Part shown: positions 36,647 to 49,400 of the stretch, one piece after another
How positions within the stretch are numbered: the first letter of the stretch is position 1
Layout: each line of letters begins with the position of its first letter
Assembly (NCBI RefSeq): GCF_018977255.1
Contig: NW_024704743.1
Location: 42,658,001 to 42,722,000, forward strand
Length of the DNA stretch: 64,000 bases
Reading direction: 5' to 3'
Source of the DNA: Callorhinchus milii
Lineage: Eukaryota
The notes under the pieces: model-generated
The model's database searches: none
Seen by the model: the letters and a program-made list of their open reading frames with translations, nothing else
Told to the model about the DNA's origin: nothing
Translations under genes and position numbers: made by a program

Positions 36647-39084
36647 CCTGAAAGGTCCTTTGTCTCCTACTATCCCTGAAGATTAACTTTAAGATACTCA
36701 TCTAGAGCTTTAAGTCTCTTCACAGTCTTGCCCTTTCTTAGCTAGAACTTCTCATCCTGTGCTATTCTTGCACATATGCTCTCTGACTCATTCCTCATTC
36801 CCTCCAAGTCACCATTGGTAACCAAGTCTTCAGCCATTATGTCTCGGTTCTCTGGAATTCTTCCAAAGTGCTTTCACATTGCTGTTCTCTCCCTTCCTTC
36901 AAAATCTTTTTACCTTTCAGCACTCTGAGACGCTACACCCACGTGAAGGGCGCTTTATATTATTATTAATAGTATAAATACGAGTTATTTTTGTGGTTAT
37001 TGTTTAGTTAACACCCTTAACTTCTACTTCCTCTCCGCCCTTCGTGATGGTACTTGTTATTTAACTAAAGTGCTTCATGATATTAATCCTACCCGAAAGG
37101 CATTATATAAGTTCACATCATTGTCATTGTAAAGATCTTTGACTTTCATAGCGCATTAATTTTCCTTGAAATCATTGTTTTAATAATTGCGCAAAGATTC
37201 AACATTGCAATGTGGTAGAAATCTCATTTGCATGTTAGCAGCATAGAACAGGAACAGACCATTTGGCCCTTTGAAACTGCTTCACTATATTTCAGATCAT
37301 GACAGCTCTTTAAATTTTTAAACTTGTTTCCTTATTCTCTTTCTCCATTTCCCATGAAAGGTTCTGGCAGCATCAACCTCCATGGTTGCACACTACAGCT
37401 CAACTCATCAAGCTAGTCAGGAACCTAGGTGTCTTGTTCGACCCTCAATTGTCTTTTCTTCCCCACATCCGAGCCATGACCTGCTCTGACTTCTCTCACC
37501 TCCGTAACATTTCCTGACTCCGCCACTACCTCACCCCTCAGGCCGCTGAAACTCTTGTTCATGCCTTAATCATCTCCAGGCTCGACTATGAAAATGCCCT
37601 GCTTGTCGGTCTTCCCAGCTCCCCCCTCCACAGGCTGCAGATAACCCAGAACTCTGCAGACCGTATCCTCTCCCGCACCAAACTCCGTGACCCCATTTCC
37701 CCCATCTCACCTGACTCCATTGGCTCCCTATCCTTCAGAGGATCCAGTTCAAGATCCTGGTCTTCACCTACAAAGTCCTCCATGGCCTCGCCCCACCCTA
37801 CCTCTGTGACCACCTAACCCCCTATCAACCCGCCCACTCCCTCCGCTCAGCCGGTTCTGGCCTGCTCCACGTCCCCCGACCCACTCACCACACCATTGGC
37901 GGGAGAGCCTTCAGCCTCTCTGACCCCAATCTCTGGAATTCCATTCCTTAGTCACTCCGGTTCGCCCCCTCCTTAGCCTACTTCAAGTCCCACCTCAAGA
38001 TCCTCCTCTTTGAAAATGCTATCAGCCACCCCCCTTCCTCTCCCCTTTCTTCTCCCACCTGACCCCAGCTCGGGTCTGAAATGCTGTACGCTGTCCAGCA
38101 CCTTGGGACATCCTCCCGACGTGAAAGGCGCTCTACAAATGTAATCTTCTTGTTGTTATACCGGGAAGCAAGTAAATTTGGAAACAGCCCTGGATTTCAG
38201 GGGAGCAAGAGAGTTGAATTTTGCAGAGAGACAATCGTTTAGCAGCTTAATGGCTGCATCAGGATTGCTGCAGTTGGAAGGCAGTGGGAGAAGAGGTCTG
38301 AGGGAAAAAGGGCATTTGTGAGGGAGTGGAGTCGGGGGGAAGCTTTTGCTAATGATGAAAAAAAATGATGGAGGTCTTGGAGGGGGATGCGGGAGGAGAG
38401 GGAGATAAGGAAATGGTCAGAAGATGGCCTTATCTGTGATGGACAGATTGGAGATATCAATGCCAAGAATGATCATGAGATTGAGGGGGAGGCCACAGTT
38501 GTGGGTTGGGGAGTTTATATGGAGGATTAGATTTATGGAGGAGAGGAGGGCAGCAAAGTCAGAGGAGCCACATCGGTTTGGGCGAGGGATGTGCTGGAAT
38601 GTGTAGCCGGGGGGAAGGCTTTGATCAGGGGGACGGAGCAACGGGGGACAGACAGGTTTTGGAGGACTCAGAGGTGAGAATGCTACTCATCACATCATTA
38701 AAAAATTTGGTTAAGGTGTAATTGAGTCACAGATTTATCTTTGTGTTTTAGACTTACGTTAGAATGCAAATGTCCGCCATGTTAACTGTGGTCAATATCT
38801 GCCAAATCCAAATACAATTAAGACAGGTGTCCTTTTGGAGATGGACAAATAACTAGCCTGAGAAATCCAAATAAGCATCCCAGAGTTTGCTATCAGCTTT
38901 ATTTTATGGTGTGTGTCAAGGAGTAGCTACTGAGTACATTCATCAGCAGAAGGTTGTGACAGAGAATTTACACCAAATCACTATACTGGACTTTGGGATG
39001 TTCAATATTTAAACACAGGTTTAGTTTGCAAATTTTTAGTCAGCTGATAAACCATTCCATATTCAAGAAACAAGGAAAAAGGAA

Positions 39085-39392
39085 TTAATAATAATCCTTG
39101 CATTTGACATAGCACTTTTCACGTCTTCTCGACATCTCAAAGTGCTTCACAGAATATCTGTGAAGTGAATTGACAGTATATTTGTGGGCAAAATGCGTCA
39201 GCCAATTGCGCACAGCAATGTTCCACAAACAGTCGTGGATTGAAAATGACCAATTTATTATTGTTTTTTTTTTTGGAGGGATTATTATTAGGTGTGTGGA
39301 GTAAGGAAACTTGCCCAAGGTTTCGCTCTGCCTGGAATTGAACCCAGGTGTCTCGCTTGTAAGGCGAGTGCTCTAACCACTGAGCTACAAGA
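39085..39392 (-). mobile_element. tRNA-derived SINE (paralog at 59615-59925)
   Basis: Head, body and tail of the family; present in both duplicate copies. Confidence 0.9.
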
Positions 39393-40361
39393 GGTAAAGT
39401 TTGCGATATTCCAAAACTCTGCATACATATATATTACATATATATATGTGGGGGACGTGAATCAGGTCGGAGCCTGCTGAGCAGAGGGAGAGGGAAGGTT
39501 GGTAAGGGGTTAGGAGGTCGCAGAGTTAGGGGGGAGCAAGGCCATGGAGGGCTTTGACGGTAAGGACCAGGATCTTGAACTGCATGTTCTGTGTGATGGG
39601 AAGCCAGAGGAGTTGGACGAGGGTGGTGTTGATAGGGACACGGAATCTGGTGCAGGAGACGACATGGGCTGCAGAGTTCTGGATGATCTGCAGCCTATGG
39701 AGGGAGGAATTGGGGAGGCCGATAAGCAAGAAGTTTGCATAGTCAAACGCGAATGTTATGAATGCGTGTATGAGGGTCTCGACGGCCTATGGTGTGAGAC
39801 AGTGGTGGAGCCAAGCGATGTTGCAGAGGTGGGGGAAGGCAGAGCGGGACGTGGCACGGATGTGGGGTAGCAAGTATAGTTGAAGGTCAAACAAGATGCC
39901 AGGGTTCTGGACTGGCTTAATAAATAAATAATTTGGTCACTCAATGAATGACTGTTTGTGGAACACTGCTGTGTGCAATTGTCTGCTGTGCTTCACCCAC
40001 AAAATACACAGTCAATTCACTTTAGTATATTCTGTGAAGCTCTTTGAGATGACTCAATGATGTGATAAGGCACTATATCAAATGCAAGGATTATTATATG
40101 TACATTTTCCAGCACAGGTCACTGAGTAATGAGCAGGAACAGACGCCCTGGCTGACTAACTCCATTTTCACCCTCGGCCACTGAGAACAACTGTAGTAGT
40201 GCAACTGTGGTAAAGTCTACCAACTCAGTGCAGAATGGAGATTGAGCCTTCTCCGTCTATATGGATCATTTTAAATATGGCAGTGAATTTGCCAACTGAA
40301 TCATCAGAATACCCCAGTCACCATTAACACTGAGCTTTAATTGCAATCTTCAATATTTCAG

Positions 40362-40490
40362 GTTTCTTGGAAAGAACACGTGACAAGGGAGATATGAGCT
40401 CCAATCCAACCTTCCAAAAGATGAAGCCAAAAGATGGCGGCTCAAAAACTGAACAAAATACAACAGATTTTTCCACCATATATGCACAAG
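40362..40490 (+). CDS. GAD3: GAD exon (129 nt): (G)[42 protein letters not shown](D)
   Basis: tttcag|GT...CAAG|gtacag, phase 1/1. Both ends match GAD1 GFLQRT...TDFSNLFARD. In-frame ATGs at 40394 and 40421. Confidence 0.85.
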
Positions 40491-43400
40491 GTACAGCCAT
40501 TTGTACATTTATATGATAATACCTATGTGTTGTTAAATAATTCAGCATGTTGCTTTAGAAAACTTAGGGTGTCAGTCAGCCTGGCTCAGTTGGTACTCTC
40601 GCCTCTGAATCAGAATGTTGTGGGTTCAAGCCCCACATTGGGACTTGGAACTCACATAGACTGACATTTTAGTACAGTACTAGCAGTGTGCTGAATTGTT
40701 GGAGATGCCATCCTTCAGATGAGACATTATACTGAATGTCTAGTCTACCTGTCCCATGGCACTATTCAAAACGAGAAGGGAGTTTCTCCTGATGTCGTGG
40801 CTAACGAATGTAAGAATTATTATCATTATTATTTAAAAATAAAAATTGGTCATTCACTGGATGGCTGTTTGTGGACATCGCTGTGCAAAACTTGACTGCT
40901 ATGTTCACCTGCAAAATTCCACTTCAGTATATCCTGTAAACACTTTGAGACATCCTCCTGAAATGAAAGGTGCTATATCAAACATAAGAATTATGATTAT
41001 CATTATCATGTGAAACATATATTTGCTTACATCACAGTGACTGGTAAGGGCTAAAGCTCGTACTATTCCAGCATTTTATTTGTAAATTGATGGATTTACT
41101 TTCAAAATCAAGTTTGTCCATTATTCCTTTAACCAGGTGGCACATAAAGAACAATACAATATATTTCCCTTTTATAAGTATTCTTTCTTGAATTGTATCA
41201 AGAAGCAAACAAGAGAAAGAACATTGTTTTAATATCTAAAAAAGTGGGTGGTTTGATGATTTCTAAACTATTAATTATTACTAAGAACCCATTAAAGTTC
41301 ATTTATATTACAATAATAATATTTTTTGTGTTTCTGGATTGACAAAATAAAACCTGGGTATTTTTCAGGGGTTTCCAGGATCTACTGTTTGCTTAAAAAC
41401 AGTAAGTAAATGTAAAAAGTAAGAAAGTAAATTTGAGGAAAATTCTGATTTATTTTCAAAATTTGTTTAATGGTACATGGAATGTGATAATTATAACAAT
41501 AATAATAATAATCCTTGCACTTGGTATGTACCTTTCACATTGAGAGAACATCCCAAGGTGCATCACAGGATTGTGGATAAACAAAGTAGACCAATTGCAC
41601 ACAGCAATGTTCCCACAAACAGCTATGGAGTGAGGGATTAGCATTATCATGAGGAATTTGAGGGATTATATTTGATGGATTGTTCGGCAGGACACAGGGA
41701 GAAAATCCCTTCTCTTTCCAAATTCATATTCAAGACTGAGGTTGATAGATTTCTAAAGGATAGAGGGATTAAGGGATATGGAGATAGGGTGGATACAATG
41801 GAATTAGGTTAGAAGATCAGCCATGATCTTATTAAATGGCGGGGCTGGCTCGAGGGGTCGAATGGCCTACTCCTGCTCCTACGTCTTAGGATCTTATGGC
41901 CTAAATAGCACCACGGGCCCTTTAATGTCCACCTGAACTGCCAGATGGGACCTTGATTTAATATCTCATCTGAAGTACAGCACCTTCAACAATGCAACCA
42001 GCACTGCATTGGAGTATCATCTTAGACTTTATGAATTCAAAGTCCAGACATTTGGCTTGAACCCACAACCTTCTGACTCAGAGGTAAGAATGCTACCATC
42101 TAGGCCAGACTGACCATCTGTGAAAATCAGTAAAAAAAATTTTTTTTAATGGATCTCAGTTACTGCTCTTATACTCTAGAATTCTTTCTCATCTTTGTTG
42201 CCAAAAATTTATTTAACTTTTCTATAGATTTGTTGCCAACTAAAAATGATGAAGAAAACACAATGCAGTTTTTGATGGAGGTTGTTGAAATTATCCTCAA
42301 CTACATCAGAAAAACATTCGACAGAACGTCAAAGGTCCTGGATTTCCATTACCCTCACCAGCTTCTAGAAGGATTGGATGGTTTCAACTTAAAAGTGTCT
42401 GATCACCCAGAACCTCTGGAGCAGCTTCTTGTTGACTGCAGAGACACTTTAAAATATGGAGTTAAAACAGGTGAACTTGACTTGCCATCTTCCTTGCCGG
42501 TGCTGAGCATTTTTCAACCTAGACAATTTGGGATAAAAACAGACGGAGCAGAAATATCAGTCTGCTATCATAATAGTAATAATCCTTGCATTTGATACAG
42601 CGCCTTATCACATCATTGAGGCATCCCAAAGCGCTTCACAGAACATACTGTAAAATGAATTAACTGTATATTTTGTGGGCGAAACTTGGCAACCATTTGC
42701 GCACAGCAGTGTCCCACAAAGAGTCGTGGATTGAATGAACAAATTATTATTATTATTCTGGCAACAACAAGAACAAGATTCCATTTATAGAGTGCCTTTC
42801 ACGTCGGGAGGACGTCCCAAGGAGCTGGACAGTTGGGTCAGGACCGGAGCAGGGGGGAAATGGTCAGGGTGAGGGGAGGGAAGGGAGGGAGCGAGGAGGG
42901 GGTAGAGAGTCGAGAGGGGAGCTGAAGGCACGGTCAAAGAGAAAGGTCTTGAGACCGGCCTTGAAGGAGGAAAGGGAGGAGGCACTGGGGGAGTGAGTTC
43001 CAGAGCCTAGGGGCTGAAAGGCTGAAGGCCCGGCCACCGATGGTAGGGCGGTTGGGGCGGGGGATGTGGAGCAGACCGGAGCCAGAGGAACGGAGGGTAC
43101 GGGCAGGTAGGTAGGGGGATAGTAGGTCGGAGCGGTAGGAGGGAGCGAGGCCGTGAATGGCCTTGTAGGTGAGGATGAGGATCTTGAATGACGAAGAGTC
43201 GTGGACCTAAAACGTTGACTCACTTTCCTTTCTCCATAGATGCTGCCTGACCTGTTGAGTTTTCCCAGCTCTCTGTTTTTGTTTCAGATTCCAGCATCAG
43301 CAGTATTTTGTGTTTTATTATTATGTTTTTTTGAAGGGATTATTACCCCAGAATGCGATCCGCCAATTGACTAATAAACAGATTCCTACTTACTGCTACA

Positions 43401-46400
43401 GAGGCGTGTTTGGAAAGGAAATCGACCTAAGATTTTACCCTGCCTGGGAATCAAACTTGGTCCTCTCACTTGCGAAATGAGTGCTCTAACCAATACACTA
43501 CAGAACTCCACAATCAATATTATTTTGCAGCCTGTAGCTCCACGAGTGTCATTTTCATATTAAGAACTTACAGCCTACCACTGTTTCGCACTGGACTCAG
43601 GTATAAGGGGCACAATATCAAAATCTGCAGATGCCGTAAAAGTAGGAAGCTGACTATGAAGAGAGTGTCAGTTTAGAAGCCTCTCTGGGAGGCATAGACA
43701 GTGGATTGGGTGGAGATGAAATTGAATGCAGAAAAAATGCAAGCTGATACATTTTCGAAAAAGAAACGGAGGAAATACACATTAAATGGGAAATATTTAA
43801 AAGGAGTGGAAGAGCAGAGAGACCTAGTGGTTAATATGCATAAATCTTTAAAGGTGGGTGGGAAGGCAAGTTGATTAAGCTGCATTTAAAAAAAACTAAT
43901 AGTTTTGTTTTCGGCTTCAGGATTTATTCAGCAGGTTTGTAGCTAGGCCCTCTCTACGTAATTTCCTTTGTCACCATGATGCACCATGAAGGAGGGAGAA
44001 AGGGAGAGGGAGGGAAGGGAGAGGGAGGGAGGGAGGGAGAGAGAGAGTGAGATGGGAGGGTGGGGGGAAGGAGGGAGTGAGAGAGGAGGGAAGGAGGGAT
44101 AGGTAGGAAGGGTGTTTCTTGGAGTAATTGTTTTTCAATTTGAAAGGGAGTTTCTCACAGTGTCCTGGCCAACAACTCCCCAAATAAAAAAAATTGGTTA
44201 CCCACTCCCTGGCTGTTTGTGGGACTTTGCTGTTCTCAATTAACTGCAGTATTTCGTCCATGAAATATACGGTTAATTCACTTCACAGTATAATCTGTGA
44301 AGCGCTTTGAGGGTCTCAATGACATGATAATCCTCTCTATCAAATGCAAGATTATTATTGTAAATGTGATTACAATCATTGTGGTTCACAACATTTCAAG
44401 AAACCTTCATCCTTAGAAACACAAACAGAGCAAATATTTGCACAATGGATTGGTAGTATTCACAGATGTGACACATTCCTTATGGGTTCCTTCTGTAGGC
44501 CACCCACGTTTTTTCAACCAGCTCTCAACTGGGTTGGACATCATTGGACTAGCAGGAGAATGGTTGACTGCTGCTGCCAACACCAACATGTAAGTACTCT
44601 TTCTAAAATCAGATTGAAGAAAGGATGTTGACAAGCAAATAAACTGATTGCTCTGCTTTTCCCAGTGCAGGAACAATGCTTTTTTTTTTGAATGAGGTAC
44701 CACACCCTCCTGAAAATGGTTTAGTAAAATAGGTAGTCATTTTAGTGTGTTCCCACACCCAGCTCATGTGCCTAGCTGGCACGTGAATTGCTTTGACACA
44801 TCCTACCAACGTTAAGGGTACTAATATAGTTATATATGATATAAGTTGTATTGTGCTAGTGCTACATAAAGAATGCTTTTCATGATCATCTCAGAGACTG
44901 TTCCGATAGATGCTAAGATCCCATGGCACGATTCAAAAAGAGAAGGGAATTTCTTCCAATGTTCTGGTCAACAATCCCCCAAATAAAATTGATCATTCAC
45001 TTAATGTCTGTGTGTGGAACATTGCTGGGCACCTACTGACTGCCAGATTTGTCTTGAAATACACTGTCACTACTCTTCACAGTATATCCTAAGTGCTCCA
45101 AGGCATTATCCTGCGTGAAGGGCGCAATATAAATGTAAGTTGTTATTGTTGTTGAAGCACTTTGAGGCGTCTCAACTACAAGTTAAGGCACCATATCAAA
45201 TGCAAGGATTATTTTATTATTAAGGGTACTAATCTTGTTGTATGTCCAGCAATGGTTAATTAGATGAATACTTAGGCTGAATAGTTAGGTATGATGAGAG
45301 GCTGGATAGACTGGGTTATATTCCTTTGAACAGAAGATATTAAGAAATGATGTGCTTGAGGTACTTAAAATAGTGAAGGATTTGACAGGTTAGATAATGG
45401 ATGATCGAAAGCACAGTCGAAGAGGAGAGTCTTGAGATGGGTCTTGAAGGTGGCAAGGGAGGGGATGAGACAGAGGGGTGCAAATCAACCTCAATTTACA
45501 CTGCGCTTTTTCAAAGTATCACTGCAAACTTGGCAATATTCTTTTCTTAAAAAAAAGGTATGAATGGACATTATGAAACAGCGATGGAGAACATACTATG
45601 AAAAGAAAATATTCTGACTCAATTTCTTTTAAACATTGATTGACACAGAAAGCAGCCCAAGCCCAATTGCGTGCAACATGAACAAACAGATTTTGAAAAG
45701 CACTATTCAAAGGACAATAAAAAATATTGTGGTTGATTTCTCAAGACTTAATAAAAAAAACGAACAAAGTAACAATTGATAATCAATAATAGAACAGGAA
45801 ACTGCTTTTATGTGTTTTTTGGGGGCATTAGTCACTGTTGTGAACTTTGACAAAGTCTGATCTTTAGATATACAATTTGCTTGAAAAGCTACTGCCATGA
45901 GAATAAACTTTGGATTAGTCTGTTACTCTGGAGAAGATACTCTTACAAAATACAGTCACGACACTTTACTCTTCACTCTATGAAGAGCTTTGAGACACCC
46001 AACACCTAGAACATCCTCCTGACGTGAAAGGCCCTATACAAATGTAATTTGTTTTTGTTGTTGTCCTCCCAAAATGATATGCACTGTAGTAAATGTAAAG
46101 ATTATTAAGTTAATTAGGTTTATTTCATCCTTAGTGTAATAGAGCTGCTAAATTACATTCTGAATAACTTAATAACTCTTAAAGTGATTCAGCACTTATC
46201 AGAATAAAGACATGACACACAACTGAGTTGTAGGAAAGGAAGATGGAAAGGGCTTGTAAAATAGTTCCTTTAATGTTGAAAAACAATCATGTATCTGGTT
46301 AAACACAGTATTTATGATGGTTCCAAGAGATATTGAAATCAACAGTAAGTGAATGGATTGGGGTTGTCATCTGGCTGGTTTTAACTGGCCTGGCCAGTTT

Positions 46401-49400
46401 CTATTCCTCCTTAATAAAAGCAGAAGTTGCTGGGAAAATGCAGCAGGTCAGGCAGCATCTATGAAAAGGGGAAAATTAATTAACATTTCAGGTCGATAAC
46501 TTTTCATCAGAACATCATACAAATGGCTACATGTGTTGTGATCAAAGGTTTCAATCAAGCAAGGTGTTTCATTTAGTACCATAGTGCTCAAGGAAATAAA
46601 TCAGAAACTCCTGAGAGGAGAGGAGTTATGTGGCGGCAACCTCCAGTGACATGTGTCCATATGGCCGCACTGAGCTCAGCAAGAAAATGCTTTTCGAGTC
46701 AGTGGCCTTTTCTTTCTGCTTCTCAGCCGTTTGGGAGCATCTCAGCTTGAGACCCTAGAGTGGATATAATGTCAGATATTGCCAACACATGGAAATATTT
46801 ATTTGCTATAGCAATTGAAATCTTAAATATCTATTTGACATTGAGATAGTAGTTATGAATATTCTATCTTTCTGCCGATGAAGCTGGTAACAAGCATTTT
46901 GTTCCGAGTGGGCTCCTGATTGACTTCTAGATTGGTGCAATGTGGTGACTCCGCTAAAATGATTGACGCTACTCTAGGACAATGTCAGTTGTCAACAGAA
47001 TAGCTGAGAACTAAAACAAGAATTGGGTCTAAAGGCAGATTAGTAATATTTGACCTGATTTGCCTTTACTCTGACACAGGTTTACATATGAAATCGCTCC
47101 AGTGTTCATCATCATGGAAGACATACTTCTCAAGAAGATGTTTGAAATGATTGGATGGTCGCAGGCTGAAGCAGATGGAGTTTTCTCACCTGGTAGGTTT
47201 GTCACTAGCCAGTACAACAACAACAACAACAACAACAAGATTCCATTTATAAAGCGCCTTTCACGTCAGGAGGACGTCCCAAGGCGCTGCACAGTTGGGT
47301 CATGACCCGACCAAATGAATATCAAGTGCTCCAAGACGATGCCCTGCGAGATGGCCTCATCTCGGAGCAATTGATACTCATTTGAAAGTTGTTGTTGTTG
47401 AGTACCACTTTCTCCACCTGGATGTCACAGCTCCAACTATTTCCTGTCTCCATTCATTCACGGTTTCTATCTATGAAGAGCCCGCAAAATAGAATACACC
47501 AAACTATTTACCAATAACTCATTAGAAACTTGAAATCTCGGTTTAATTTTCAGGCTGATATTTTCATTGCCATAAACAAAACGAACTACCGGTATCAGGA
47601 GACATCACCCTTTACTTCGGCAATAGAGCTGTCTGAATGTAAATCAGCAATTCAGAATCCAAAATCGGATTTCTACTTTTCATTCCCAATTGCCCTTCCC
47701 CAGGAACCAGGAGAGGAAAGAACATTTGGTTGTCCATGTGCAAAGTTTCCCTTTGAATATCTCCCATTCCATCTGTTCCACCGTTGGTGGCTGTGCTTTC
47801 AGATACTTTGCCTGAAACTCTGCCTCAATCCCTCTGCCTTTCCCCTTCCTTCACCATCTTCATGTCACACCTGAAGAACTCTTTCTTTCATTGTGTCTAC
47901 AGTCACCTCCCACCCTTCCTTTTTTAGGGTTAAGCTCTGCTAATGTTAAATGCTCCTTTACCAAGTGAGCGAAAGGAGAGGCCCTAGTCATTCCTAAATT
48001 GATTTTTTTTAAATAACTTTTCTCCAGCAAGTCATTCCCATGAGTGTTATGTAATAACCTGGATAAAACTGGGCATGAGAGGGTATCATAGAATCATAGA
48101 AATTTACCCCACAGAAGGAGGTCATTTGCCCCATTGAGTCTGCATTTGTCCTCAGAGCAAAGTGTTCATTCAATCCCAGTGTTGTGCCCTATCAATACCC
48201 CTTCAAGCCTCTATTATATATCTGGTTGCTTCCCTCTTAAAGCCCGCAATAAACTCCACTTTACCACATTGTGGTTAGATGACTTGAGTTCAATTCCTGG
48301 GCGGGGTAAGTTTCCTTAACATACACACCACTGTTTGCCTAACACTAAGTAGGAACCCAGTTGTTGATTGATTGGGGTAATAATCTTTAAAAAGAAAAGT
48401 TGTTCACTCAATCCACGACACTTTGTGGGACACTGCCATGTGCATTTGGCTGCTGCATTTCACCCACAAAATACACAGTCAACCCACTTTATAATATATG
48501 ATGTGACAAGGCGCTGTATCAAATGCAAGGATTATTATTATTTCTATTATTACTTGAAAGGGCATTCAACATCCTAAATCTGAGTGCAAAAGTTTTCCTT
48601 TTCCTCTTGTGACTATCTTATAAGTCACTGACTTCCCTACCAATGGAAATAGCTTCTCCTTATTTACCCTGTCAAATAACACGTATCTCCTGTAAGGGTA
48701 CCTCAATCACAGCAGTATGATGGAGCTGTACAATAGGACTCCGACACACTGAGATCCAGCACTGCACACTGCACAAGAAATACCAAAGTGCTTCCCAACA
48801 GGGAAGGAAAATCATTCCACCAAACCATTGGCACTGTCAAAGAGCATCCATTGGAGAGCTCTGGCACCATTGAAAGTTACTTGGCAGTATTAAAACTTCT
48901 CTCTAAAGGGAAAGAACACACCAAGGCAAAATGAAGTCTTTCTCCTTTGGAAACAGAAGTTACAAAATGTTTAGAATGTATTTCAAAATTGTGCATATTA
49001 ATATGAAGAAAAAAAAAGCTGGAAAACATGCCATTTGTATTACAAAGCCTGATGTCTAGAACAGAGGAGGCAATGTTAGCGTGTGTGATCTAAGTAAAGT
49101 CTAATCCTGTGTCTTTTAGGAGGGACTATATCAAACCTGTACAGCCAGCTGGTTGCCCGTTACAAACGTTTTCCTGAGGTCAAGACTCAAGGTGCAGCAA
49201 ACCTTCCCAGGCTGGTCTTATTTACCTCTGAGTTAGTAAGTGGTTTTGCTTGCCAAAATAAAATCTTTTCCGCATTTCACATTAAGAGGCAAACATGCTA
49301 GTCAGAGAGTCAAGCTGCGCAGAGAGGTATGATTTATCTAGCTCGGAGAAACCAGGGTTTATTTCAGGCTGAGGCTAAATGAATGAAGGTGATGATGGTT

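Larger units (their letters stand above)
36019..39832 (+). repeat. Segmental duplication, copy A (paralogous to 56887-60332)
   Basis: Colinear near-identity across unique intron sequence and embedded L2/SINE copies. Confidence 0.95.

Noticed and set aside
36019..39832. A second functional GAD paralog upstream
   Set aside because: Only 56 nt of one exon is present; I found no other GAD exons between 1 and 36000.
42149..42595. 148-aa ORF as a standalone protein
   Set aside because: Only 42228-42470 is GAD-homologous and it is bounded by AG/GT; the rest is intron read-through.
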